Origin: Sedimentisphaeraceae bacterium JB056
GTDB taxonomy: Bacteria; Planctomycetota; Phycisphaerae; Sedimentisphaerales; Sedimentisphaeraceae
Length of the DNA: 64,000 nt
Direction: 5' to 3'
Assembly (NCBI GenBank): GCA_044440125.1
Contig: JBITAJ010000021.1
Location: forward strand, 96,001-160,000
Shown here: positions 40,396-49,452 of the stretch, piece by piece
How positions within the stretch are numbered: position 1 is the stretch's first letter
Layout of the letters: each line of letters begins with the position of its first letter
Translations under genes and position numbers: made by a program
The notes under the pieces: generated by a model
What the model saw: only the letters and a program-made list of their open reading frames with translations
Databases searched by the model: none
What the model was told of the DNA's origin: nothing

Positions 40396-41865
40396 CTATT
40401 TTACATTTAGGCGTTTTTCCCAATATTCAACATGAGCTTGAGATGTGTCATTATCCAGCATATTTCGCTCAATAAGGGTGCCATTATACCACTTTTGATT
40501 ATTCAAATACCAACGTACTTGCGTTTTATAATCTTCAGGAATTTCTCCGGCATCATCGGTATCAGATATCCATCTGTCAAGCTCTTGGCTCATCTTTTCA
40601 AGAATGCCTTTATATTTATCAACTTCGGCAAGATTGCAGATCTCAAACGGGTCATCTTCAATATCATAAAGCTCCTGATAAGGACGTGCTCTGCCCATAA
40701 ATGCTTTTTGATCATCGTTAAGTTCATTCTTGCTATCGAGATACCTCATAAGATGCAGCATAGGATATTGTATTTCCTTATAGGCACTGAACTGGGTGTA
40801 AGGTATTGCCGGGTAGAAGTTCCTTATGTACTTAAATTTTTTCGACCTCACACACCTAATTCTATCGATTGCCTCACCGCAACGATCTCTTGCAGCAAAA
40901 ATATAGTCACGCTTCTGAGATTTGGAATCAAAAAATGAACGTCCATGGATATTTCGAGGCAACTTTATATTAGCAAGAGTCATACAGGATGGACCTATAT
41001 CAATAGCACTAATCATCTCATCGTTTACACTGCCTCTGTTTATCTTTCCCGCATAGCTTACTATCAGCGGTATCTTTATACCCTCATCATACAAAAACTG
41101 CTTACCTCGCGGCATAGGTCTGCCATGATCGCCAAGAAAAACGATAATAGTATTATCTATGCCATCGTTTTTGAGACGCTCTAAAACATTCCCTACCTTT
41201 TTATCAAGTATCTGCACATCCTCAAGATAGTCAGCCCAATCACGCCTTGAAAGCCGGTGATCAGGATAATACGGCGGCAACTCAACTTCAGCAGTATCTA
41301 TCGGGTTTTCCGTATCATTCTCAAAATCACGATGTGTCTGTTTAAACTGTATCATGCCAAAAAACGGCTGACTTTTCTTTCTTTGCCGCCAATCTGTGCC
41401 ATCAAGTGATGACTGATTATAAAGGAAATTAACATCCATCTTGCCGGGCTTTGAGAGATCATCGGCATCACCATTAAAGATAAAATATCCCTCATCACGA
41501 AAGTAATCGCTTATAAGACGGCAGCTATCCGGCAGAGGCTTTGGCGCAAGATTTCTATGCTGATGAGAATCAATGCTCGTCTGATACATACCGGTAAGAA
41601 AAGCTGAACGGCTTGGCGAACACACACTTGCTGTTGTAAAAGCATTTGTGAATTTCATACCACCTGCGGCAAGTCTGTCAAGATTGGGCGTATGTACAAT
41701 TTTATTGCCGTAACAGCCAATATCAGGAGAAAGGTCTTCAGCGATAAGCCAAAGTATATTGGGCTTATTCGCCACGCTCCCCGTAAAATTATTCTGACAA
41801 CCGGAATTAACCATAAACGATGCTCCTGTAATAGCAGAAAGCTTTATAAAATCTCGCCGTTTCAT
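40396..41865 (-). CDS. Sulfatase, sulfamidase-like, Tat signal with lipobox-like Cys
   Basis: [38 protein letters not shown]...NSGC. Start moved to 41865. Confidence 0.9.
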   Translation of the reverse strand: MKRRDFIKLSAITGASFMVNSGCQNNFTGSVANKPNILWLIAEDLSPDIGCYGNKIVHTPNLDRLAAGGMKFTNAFTTASVCSPSRSAFLTGMYQTSIDSHQHRNLAPKPLPDSCRLISDYFRDEGYFIFNGDADDLSKPGKMDVNFLYNQSSLDGTDWRQRKKSQPFFGMIQFKQTHRDFENDTENPIDTAEVELPPYYPDHRLSRRDWADYLEDVQILDKKVGNVLERLKNDGIDNTIIVFLGDHGRPMPRGKQFLYDEGIKIPLIVSYAGKINRGSVNDEMISAIDIGPSCMTLANIKLPRNIHGRSFFDSKSQKRDYIFAARDRCGEAIDRIRCVRSKKFKYIRNFYPAIPYTQFSAYKEIQYPMLHLMRYLDSKNELNDDQKAFMGRARPYQELYDIEDDPFEICNLAEVDKYKGILEKMSQELDRWISDTDDAGEIPEDYKTQVRWYLNNQKWYNGTLIERNMLDNDTSQAHVEYWEKRLNVK

Positions 41866-41866
41866 A

Positions 41867-43567
41867 TTAATTCTTTCTTTCCACAAAGACAAAACGATAA
41901 CCGGGGTCTTTCTCGCCATAAGGCATCTTACTGTGTTTCAGGCCTCTGAACCACACACGCAACATACCCTTTTTAGTTGGGAGTTCTATATTATCAAACT
42001 CTATCATATCTTTGCCGCTAAAGGGCTGCTGACTTATCACAGAACCATCAAAGCTTACAACAGCCATTGTTTCATCATTCAACAACTGATTCTGCACTTG
42101 TGTCATTCTTATTGAATAAGGACCTTTCCCGGCAACTTCAACTTGCCAGCCTTCACCAAATACCTGATTCCAATATTTGAATCTTATGCAAGGCTGTCGA
42201 TCAGACCCGATAATTATCCGCTCACCGGCAAACCCCCTCGTAGATACAACATCATCAAACCAGAGACTGTACTTCTCTCTGAGCCTCTCGACCTGGTCGG
42301 GGTATTGGCCGCTTATATCAGACCTCTCACCGGCATCTTGAGTTATATTATAAAGCTCGTTACCATTGACAAGTTTCAAATCCTGTTCACGGATACAACT
42401 GTTTGTCCATTTATCCGGCACCGCGGCTCTTTGAAACTTAAAACACAAAGCTCTATCGGTATATTCAAATTTACCGCCTGTAAGCAGCGGCATAAGACTC
42501 ACGCCGTCAAGCTCAAGAGAACTGTCAGATACTCCGCATATTTCAAGTATTGTCGGCATTATGTCAATATTTGCCGCAATCTGATGTATTACTGCATCGG
42601 GGTTTGTTACACCTTTCCAATGGACAAAACACGGCACCCTGATACCACCCTCATAGACACTTCCCTTACCATCACGAAGTCCCATATTGTATCGTTTATT
42701 TTGGCAACCTTCCTTGCGTAATGGCAAATCAATATCGGCGCCATTATCGGAAAGGAAGATTATAACAGTATTATCCTCTATCTGCGTCTGCTCAACAGCA
42801 TCAAGCAGACGTCCGAGATTACTGTCAAATCTGGTTACCATCGCATAGGTTTCCTTGTCAAGAGGACAAAGCCCTTCTATCTCGCTGTAAAACTCTACAT
42901 CAGCATCAGGCACCTGCTTTGCGGGGAAATAATGGGGCAGGAAAGATGGCACATAAGCAAAGAAAGACTTATCGGAATTGCCGTTTGCTTTTATAAAACT
43001 GATAGCCTCATCAAAAAAGATGTCCGTTAGAAAGCCATCAAATTTCTTCTTTTCACCGTTTACATCAAGCACAGGATCAAAGCGAGACTGAGTTCCATAA
43101 AAAGTTACAGCCTCCTCAAAGCCCTGATCAAGCGGACGGGTTGGACAATTATAGCCAAGATGCCACTTGCCGAAAATACCGGTTCGGTAGCCATTATCAC
43201 GCAGAACTTCAGCTACTGTAACCTCATCATTGTGCATATTCATACGGGCTTTCCATGTATCCCAAACGCCCGTTCGGTAATTATATCTGCCGGTCATAAG
43301 CCCTGCTCTGGTAGGAGCGCATACCGGACATACATAGAAATTCTCAAACCACGCACTCTTTTTATAAAGAGCATTTAGATTGGGCGTTTTGACATGTTCA
43401 TTGCCAAAACACTCAAAATCACCATAGCCCTGATCATCAGAAACAACGAGGATAATATTCGGCATTTTCTTTTGCGTATTGGAGTCATTAAAAACCGAAC
43501 AACCGCCGCCTGAAAATGCCACAGCCGCAGTCATACCCGCTAATTTTATAAAATCTCTTCTCTGCAT
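41867..43567 (-). CDS. Arylsulfatase-type sulfatase, Tat signal with lipobox-like Cys
   Basis: [43 protein letters not shown]...GGGC. Start moved to 43567. Confidence 0.9.
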   Translation of the reverse strand: MQRRDFIKLAGMTAAVAFSGGGCSVFNDSNTQKKMPNIILVVSDDQGYGDFECFGNEHVKTPNLNALYKKSAWFENFYVCPVCAPTRAGLMTGRYNYRTGVWDTWKARMNMHNDEVTVAEVLRDNGYRTGIFGKWHLGYNCPTRPLDQGFEEAVTFYGTQSRFDPVLDVNGEKKKFDGFLTDIFFDEAISFIKANGNSDKSFFAYVPSFLPHYFPAKQVPDADVEFYSEIEGLCPLDKETYAMVTRFDSNLGRLLDAVEQTQIEDNTVIIFLSDNGADIDLPLRKEGCQNKRYNMGLRDGKGSVYEGGIRVPCFVHWKGVTNPDAVIHQIAANIDIMPTILEICGVSDSSLELDGVSLMPLLTGGKFEYTDRALCFKFQRAAVPDKWTNSCIREQDLKLVNGNELYNITQDAGERSDISGQYPDQVERLREKYSLWFDDVVSTRGFAGERIIIGSDRQPCIRFKYWNQVFGEGWQVEVAGKGPYSIRMTQVQNQLLNDETMAVVSFDGSVISQQPFSGKDMIEFDNIELPTKKGMLRVWFRGLKHSKMPYGEKDPGYRFVFVERKN

Positions 43568-43600
43568 ACGACTTACTTCTTTAAAATTCTGCACCGCAAT

Positions 43601-45028
43601 CTATTTAGGCCATGGATAATCATTCTTACCGGCAGTATCCTCTATAGGTCCTCTCGGCAGCGAATTATGATACGCCATTATTTTCTTTTCAAGACGCTTA
43701 ACAACAACAGGATTTCTGTCAGCTACGTTATCAACCTCCATAGGACAATTCACTATATCGTAAAGCTCTACTCGACTACGGTCGGGGTTCATAAGCAGCT
43801 TCCACTTACCCTCCCGTATCGCCAGCATAGGTGCACTGTTTATCTTGTGGTCGCTATGCTGGGCAAATCTGAATTCCCACATCAGCGGTATTCTGCGGTC
43901 TCGCTCACTGCCAAAGAAAATATCGCTGACATTTTCGCCGTCAAAATCAATATCCGGTTTATTAATACCGGCAATATCGCATACCGTTGGGAACCAATCG
44001 GTACCGCTTACAACGGATGTATCATTAACCTTACCCGCCGGAACTTTCCCCGGCCATCGCACGATAAAGGGAACACGAATACCACCATCATACAAACTGC
44101 GTTTCCTGCCGCGAAAAGGACCCGCTGAACCTACGCAAGCATTGTAGTTTGGTGTCATAGATTCTGGTCCGTTATCACTGGAAAATATCACAATCGTATT
44201 CTCATCAAGTCCAAGCTCCCTGAGACGAGTCATAAATCTACCGATTTGTTTATCACTCTCTGTCATTGTGGCATAATACTGACGATAAGGAGTTGTAAAC
44301 GATATCGGCTCAGAACCAAAACCTTTCGCCTGCCAACTCTTATATCTTCCAACATTCATTTGCTCCTGGCTTGGGCAAATCGGCGTATGGGGACGTTTCG
44401 ACCAGAGATTCAAATAGAATGGTTTATCTTTATTTCGCTCTATAAATTTTATACCTTCATCAAAAATAAGCTCGTCTGATTCGGCTATAAAGTCGTTATC
44501 CGGACGATCCCAGCCCGGACCCGGCGATACGAGAGTCCTGTGTTCATCCACTCCCAACTGTTCAGGAGAGGAGCCTTTGCTTCGTTCTGCTAAATGCCAC
44601 TTGCCATAATGACCGGTTCGATAACCGTTTTTCTGCATAACCTGCATCAGCCATAAGGTCTCCTTTGGCAGAGCAACATCCATGCCGTATTTTTCCATGC
44701 CCCAACCTACATGGTGCACTCCAAGACGACCGGGGAATTTTCCGGTAAGAAAAGCAACTCTCGTTGGTGCACATACTGAAGCATTGACATAGAAATGGGT
44801 AAACAAAGTACCTTCATCCGCCATTTTGTCAATATTGGGAGTCATTACGTATTGGTTGCCATAACAACCTATATCTCCCCAACCTGCATCATCAAGAAAA
44901 ATGAATACAAAATTGGGTTTTGGCTTTTTGCTCTGTTTGGAATCAGCCAATACATTAACACCTGAGAACATCAAACCCGCTGCTGTAGCGGCAGAACCCA
45001 TCGTCTTTAGAAAGCCTCTTCTATTCAT
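43601..45028 (-). CDS. Sulfatase, N-acetylgalactosamine-6-sulfatase-like, Tat signal
   Basis: LDDAGWGD, CAPTRVAFLTG, GKWHL, SSDNGPE, GRKRSLYDGG; NRRGFL. Confidence 0.9.
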   Translation of the reverse strand: MNRRGFLKTMGSAATAAGLMFSGVNVLADSKQSKKPKPNFVFIFLDDAGWGDIGCYGNQYVMTPNIDKMADEGTLFTHFYVNASVCAPTRVAFLTGKFPGRLGVHHVGWGMEKYGMDVALPKETLWLMQVMQKNGYRTGHYGKWHLAERSKGSSPEQLGVDEHRTLVSPGPGWDRPDNDFIAESDELIFDEGIKFIERNKDKPFYLNLWSKRPHTPICPSQEQMNVGRYKSWQAKGFGSEPISFTTPYRQYYATMTESDKQIGRFMTRLRELGLDENTIVIFSSDNGPESMTPNYNACVGSAGPFRGRKRSLYDGGIRVPFIVRWPGKVPAGKVNDTSVVSGTDWFPTVCDIAGINKPDIDFDGENVSDIFFGSERDRRIPLMWEFRFAQHSDHKINSAPMLAIREGKWKLLMNPDRSRVELYDIVNCPMEVDNVADRNPVVVKRLEKKIMAYHNSLPRGPIEDTAGKNDYPWPK

Positions 45029-47658
45029 TTTGATTCCTTATTATCCATAATCACAACATCAACAAGACCGCCCGCCCCATCCTGACTGTAAATTGCCGGA
45101 TGGCTGTTATCATTAACCTCTACCTGATTACCCCTGACAACAGATGTGTTTACAGGAGAGCTTAAAACTATCCCCTGACCGGCATTGATTACCGTATTAT
45201 TCTCAATCACACTCATCATTATACCGCTGTCCGGATGCGGAACTATCTGCGGTTTTTTAGTCCGCACATAACCTGTATATCGTGTATGCAAATATATGCC
45301 GACTTCCGCGTTCTTTATAGTGTTGTCTCTGCACACATTGCCAACCTGATACCAAAGCCTGTCTTCGGGAGCAGGCCACTGAAGTGTAAGGCGGAAATGA
45401 TCAACATAACCGGCAGCAATCTCACTGGTATCACCGGCATACCCTCTGACATTCTCAATAAGATTGCCGCGAGTTGTATTCCAACCAGTTGGTCCGCTGA
45501 AACGACTATTTATTATTATGCCGCTGGTAAGATTTCTGAAAGTATTATCGGCAATTATATTGTCAAAATTATAGAACCAAAGGCAGACACCATGAGTTTT
45601 TGTCTCTTCAACAAGTTTGCCTGTATCAACATAATTATTATATATCACGATATTCCTGTAAGCCGCCATAAGATGAACCCTGCTTGTTGAGTCCGGCTCA
45701 ACCCGCCACTGTTGAGCCAACTTAAAGACATAACGCTGCCCTTTTTTAATACATCCGGTTATTTCACGATACTGCCCTACGCCTCTACCCTTGGAAACAT
45801 AAAGTATCCAATTCTTGTCGTCTTTGACTTCATCAAGAACCTGACTTCCCCTGTTGTCATAATAGAAATGTGGATTTTTTGTATTCCAGTTCTGCCCGCT
45901 TTTCTTTTCAGAGTCGCTTGTCTTACGTACCATTTCTTTTTCAGCAAAAGTACCTATATTCTCAGTAGTAATCGTAAGATAATGTCCATGGGCTTCTACT
46001 ACATCAAAGAGTCCGCCATGCAAATTGCGATAATGAATCAAATACTGCTCCCCTTGGTTCTCATTCATTCCAATCGCAGAAGGATGCGGACCTACATTCT
46101 TACTTTCATTATTAGCAAAATAATAGTATCGGCCATAGCTGTTGAATGTGAGAATTGTACGACACATAGTCTTGGCGTTAAACCTGTCAACACCTTCAAA
46201 GCTGCAATTTTCAACGGCAACTTTTCTGCCGCTGTACATGACAATACCTGTCGCCCTGCCGCTGGCTCCGGAATTAGGCTTCCCATCAGGTTCACCGGAA
46301 TAGTAGCCTCTGAATTTCACATTATCGATCAATACAGACTCACTCAACGGCTTACTCTTACTGCTTTCCCAGCCTGTGAAACGACCTATCTGAATACCGG
46401 GACCTACAGCATGTATTTCTGAATCACAAATTTTAACATTGGCAAAGCCCTCAGTATCAATCAGAACTGCACCCTTATCGATAATTTTCTTAGTGATTCT
46501 TTTTATATCACGCTTAGCGCCTGCGGTTTGCCAAGGTCCCGGCTTTTTATAACCCCATGCTCTTTTGTCAAACATAACAATACGACAATTTTTTACGGTA
46601 ACATCAGAACCGTTAAAAACAAGCACATTTTGATCACTGCCGTCACTGGCATTTACCAGAGTCATATCCTCAACAGAGCAATTGCCGGCAACGAATTTCA
46701 TAAGCATATCAGGAATATTAGAAGCACCTGGATAAGAAATGATCGTACCATTTCCAGAAATATTTTCCTCTCCATTGACATAGCTTCCCATGCCTTTGCC
46801 GCGAAAATGTATATTTTTACTGCTTACAACAATAGGCTTACTTATTATGTATCTGCCGCAAGAAAAAACAACAACCCCTCCATCTACCTTCACTGCGGCA
46901 TTTACCGCCGCCTGCACCGCACTGCCGTCATCTTTATCATCGTTAGCTTCTGCACCAAAATCAGCAACGCTAAATTCTTTATCGGTATAATCATCTCTCT
47001 TCTCAATAGTAAAAGTTGCCGGCTCACTCCAGCCATAATCACCACCACTGCCGTTATGCAGCCATACCTGATAATTGCCCGCACTCAACTTCGCAACATC
47101 GATTTCAATCTGATAAGGATTGGCATTCTTAATATTCACAAACCCTGAAAAATTGCTTCCCTTGATGAATGCCTTAGGCTTAAAATCTCCTATAACAAAA
47201 TTCTTACCCATAATTTTAAGTGTACAAGTATCATTTCCTACTTTAACTTTTTCAGGGAAACACCACCATGCCTCCGGTGCGTTAACGCGTATAGGACTGC
47301 CGTAAACATCATGTTTGTATGGGTAAACAAGCATAGTAGCTGCCGGTACATCTGAAGGCACAATCGCTGTCATTCGATCATGCTCTGCAACCAAAGGCAC
47401 TACATCAAAAGCTTCACTCTCTACCCACAATTTAAGCTTCGCACCTTTCAAGTTATAACCGCTCATTACAAGAGTTTCATCAGGTAAAGTATTCTCACTT
47501 ATCGCTGCTATCGCAGGAGAAGCTTCTGACCCGCTTACACTAAATTCAGGAGTACAAATACCCTTATCCAAATTAACAGGACATTGAGGTATATCGCTGC
47601 CAAAGGCAAACGAAAACAATATGAACAACAAAAATAAACTTACTCTTTTTATTAGCAT
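45025..47658 (-). CDS. Secreted pectin-lyase-fold beta-helix protein with N-terminal Ig-like region
   Basis: YQVWLHNGSGG.YGWS; SVADFGAEANDDKDDGSAVQAAVNAA...GGVVVFSCGRY (pectate_lyase_3-type start); NN-ladder repeats. Confidence 0.7.
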   Translation of the reverse strand: MLIKRVSLFLLFILFSFAFGSDIPQCPVNLDKGICTPEFSVSGSEASPAIAAISENTLPDETLVMSGYNLKGAKLKLWVESEAFDVVPLVAEHDRMTAIVPSDVPAATMLVYPYKHDVYGSPIRVNAPEAWWCFPEKVKVGNDTCTLKIMGKNFVIGDFKPKAFIKGSNFSGFVNIKNANPYQIEIDVAKLSAGNYQVWLHNGSGGDYGWSEPATFTIEKRDDYTDKEFSVADFGAEANDDKDDGSAVQAAVNAAVKVDGGVVVFSCGRYIISKPIVVSSKNIHFRGKGMGSYVNGEENISGNGTIISYPGASNIPDMLMKFVAGNCSVEDMTLVNASDGSDQNVLVFNGSDVTVKNCRIVMFDKRAWGYKKPGPWQTAGAKRDIKRITKKIIDKGAVLIDTEGFANVKICDSEIHAVGPGIQIGRFTGWESSKSKPLSESVLIDNVKFRGYYSGEPDGKPNSGASGRATGIVMYSGRKVAVENCSFEGVDRFNAKTMCRTILTFNSYGRYYYFANNESKNVGPHPSAIGMNENQGEQYLIHYRNLHGGLFDVVEAHGHYLTITTENIGTFAEKEMVRKTSDSEKKSGQNWNTKNPHFYYDNRGSQVLDEVKDDKNWILYVSKGRGVGQYREITGCIKKGQRYVFKLAQQWRVEPDSTSRVHLMAAYRNIVIYNNYVDTGKLVEETKTHGVCLWFYNFDNIIADNTFRNLTSGIIINSRFSGPTGWNTTRGNLIENVRGYAGDTSEIAAGYVDHFRLTLQWPAPEDRLWYQVGNVCRDNTIKNAEVGIYLHTRYTGYVRTKKPQIVPHPDSGIMMSVIENNTVINAGQGIVLSSPVNTSVVRGNQVEVNDNSHPAIYSQDGAGGLVDVVIMDNKESK

Positions 47659-47670
47659 AAAACCACCGTA

Positions 47671-49254
47671 TCATCTGAATATAATATAAATAACTGTCAT
47701 TATAACAAGCAACACAATCCACCAAAACCAAACCGTCTTAGCAGACTTAATGCTATGGCCATTACTTGAATACGTCTCCCTAAGCGTAGGTAGGCCATAC
47801 TCTGATGATGGAGCAACGGTTAGTAATGAAACCGCTATCATCAGAACAACCAAGCCTACAAACAAATAGAATGAAAGCATGAGAAAATGAGGCCACTGAA
47901 AACCCGTCGGCCATTTCGCAAGATAGCACACACCTATCCCAATACTCACTATGTTTCCGAAAACAAGCACAGTAAACGCAGCCTGGGAATTTGCCCGCTT
48001 CCACAATACACCAACAAGAAAAACTACTGCCATCGAAGGAGCCATAAAAGCAATCATCGACTGTATCAAGCTAAAGAGATCCATATCTTTTATCTGACCA
48101 AACAAAATAGCCAATACTACAGCAACCACACCGCTTACAGCAGTAACAACCCTGCCTATAAATTTAGCTTCCTTATCTCCGGCATCAGGTCTGAATAATT
48201 TACAATAAATATCAAGCGTAAACACCGTGCTGAGTGAATTCTGCTGTGAATCGACAGTACTGACAAGAGCCGCTATAAGAACAGCGATTATAAGACCAAC
48301 CATTCCTGAAGGCAGATAAGTAGTTACCATTGTCATATAAGCCTGATCAGGATCTATAAGATCGGGATGCAGTACCTTGCAGATTATTCCGGGTACAAAG
48401 AAAATAAGCGGTGTAAGGATTTTGAGGTAACTTGCAAATATTGAGCCATACTGCCCCTGCTGCACATCCCTGCCGCCAAGAGCTCGCTGAACTATTATCT
48501 GATTTGTACACCAGAACCAGATCCCCATTACAGGATACCCAAACACAATCGCAGGCCAAGGATAACTCGCATCATCGGCAGGTCTGAAAAGCTGCCAATA
48601 ATCAGGCGGTACAGAACCGACAAGTTCACTTATTCCACCAACCTTGTAAAGCCCTATAACTGTTAGAGCGGCAGAAGCAACAATCATCAGAATTGACTGG
48701 AATGAATCAGTAATAACTACCGCTTCAAGACCGCCGGCAACAGTAAAACTCGTTGCAATCACAGTAAGGAAGATAATCGAAAAAATCAAAGACCAGCCAA
48801 GTATCTGCCCAAGCAATACGCCGCCTGCATACAGGGTTGTTCCAAGTGAAACACATGTTGTAAAAACCGCATACCATGATAAAAAATTACGGCATTTATT
48901 ACCATACCGCCTCAACATAAACTGCGGCATAGTTGAAACTTTTGTATTTATATAATGCGGCAAAAAAACCATCGCCATAAGCATAAGAAAAGGCCATGCA
49001 AGCCATTCAAAATTACTCGCAACCATACCTGTTGAATATGCTACGCCGCATGAACCAATCATCATCGATGGTGCTATGTTGGTACCAAAAATCGACAAGC
49101 CAATATTAGGCCAACCAAGAGAACGGCCGGCAAGAAAAATGTCATCACTTTCTTTTTTACGAAAACTAACCCAGAAACCTATTGTTATAACGGATAAGAT
49201 ATAAATTATAATTACAGTATAGTCTAAATTGGTTACCGACTGATGAATTTCCAT
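47671..49254 (-). CDS. Sodium:solute (SGLT-like) symporter
   Basis: FLAGRSLGW, TMPQF, AGGLEAVVITD, WFWCTNQIIVQRAL, AALVST. Confidence 0.92.
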   Translation of the reverse strand: MEIHQSVTNLDYTVIIIYILSVITIGFWVSFRKKESDDIFLAGRSLGWPNIGLSIFGTNIAPSMMIGSCGVAYSTGMVASNFEWLAWPFLMLMAMVFLPHYINTKVSTMPQFMLRRYGNKCRNFLSWYAVFTTCVSLGTTLYAGGVLLGQILGWSLIFSIIFLTVIATSFTVAGGLEAVVITDSFQSILMIVASAALTVIGLYKVGGISELVGSVPPDYWQLFRPADDASYPWPAIVFGYPVMGIWFWCTNQIIVQRALGGRDVQQGQYGSIFASYLKILTPLIFFVPGIICKVLHPDLIDPDQAYMTMVTTYLPSGMVGLIIAVLIAALVSTVDSQQNSLSTVFTLDIYCKLFRPDAGDKEAKFIGRVVTAVSGVVAVVLAILFGQIKDMDLFSLIQSMIAFMAPSMAVVFLVGVLWKRANSQAAFTVLVFGNIVSIGIGVCYLAKWPTGFQWPHFLMLSFYLFVGLVVLMIAVSLLTVAPSSEYGLPTLRETYSSNGHSIKSAKTVWFWWIVLLVIMTVIYIIFR

Positions 49255-49308
49255 ATGCGTAAATCTACTTGTCTATTAAAATAAATTAAAAATACAAATT
49301 CTAAAGAA

Positions 49309-49443
49309 AAAACGGAGCCTTTTTTGATGCGTCCGACAAAAGTTGATAAACGTCCAATTAACCCTTGATATCTGATTAAAATCGCAGATTTAATCAGCAA
49401 AGATTGACTTTTGTCAGTTTCGCCTTTTTAAAGGCTCCGTTTT
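49309..49443. repeat. Nested inverted repeat with terminator-like base
   Basis: AAAACGGAGCCTTT/AAAGGCTCCGTTTT outer stem, GACAAAAGT/ACTTTTGTC middle stem, CTGATTAAA/TTTAATCAG inner stem. Confidence 0.7.
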
Positions 49444-49452
49444 GAATATTAA

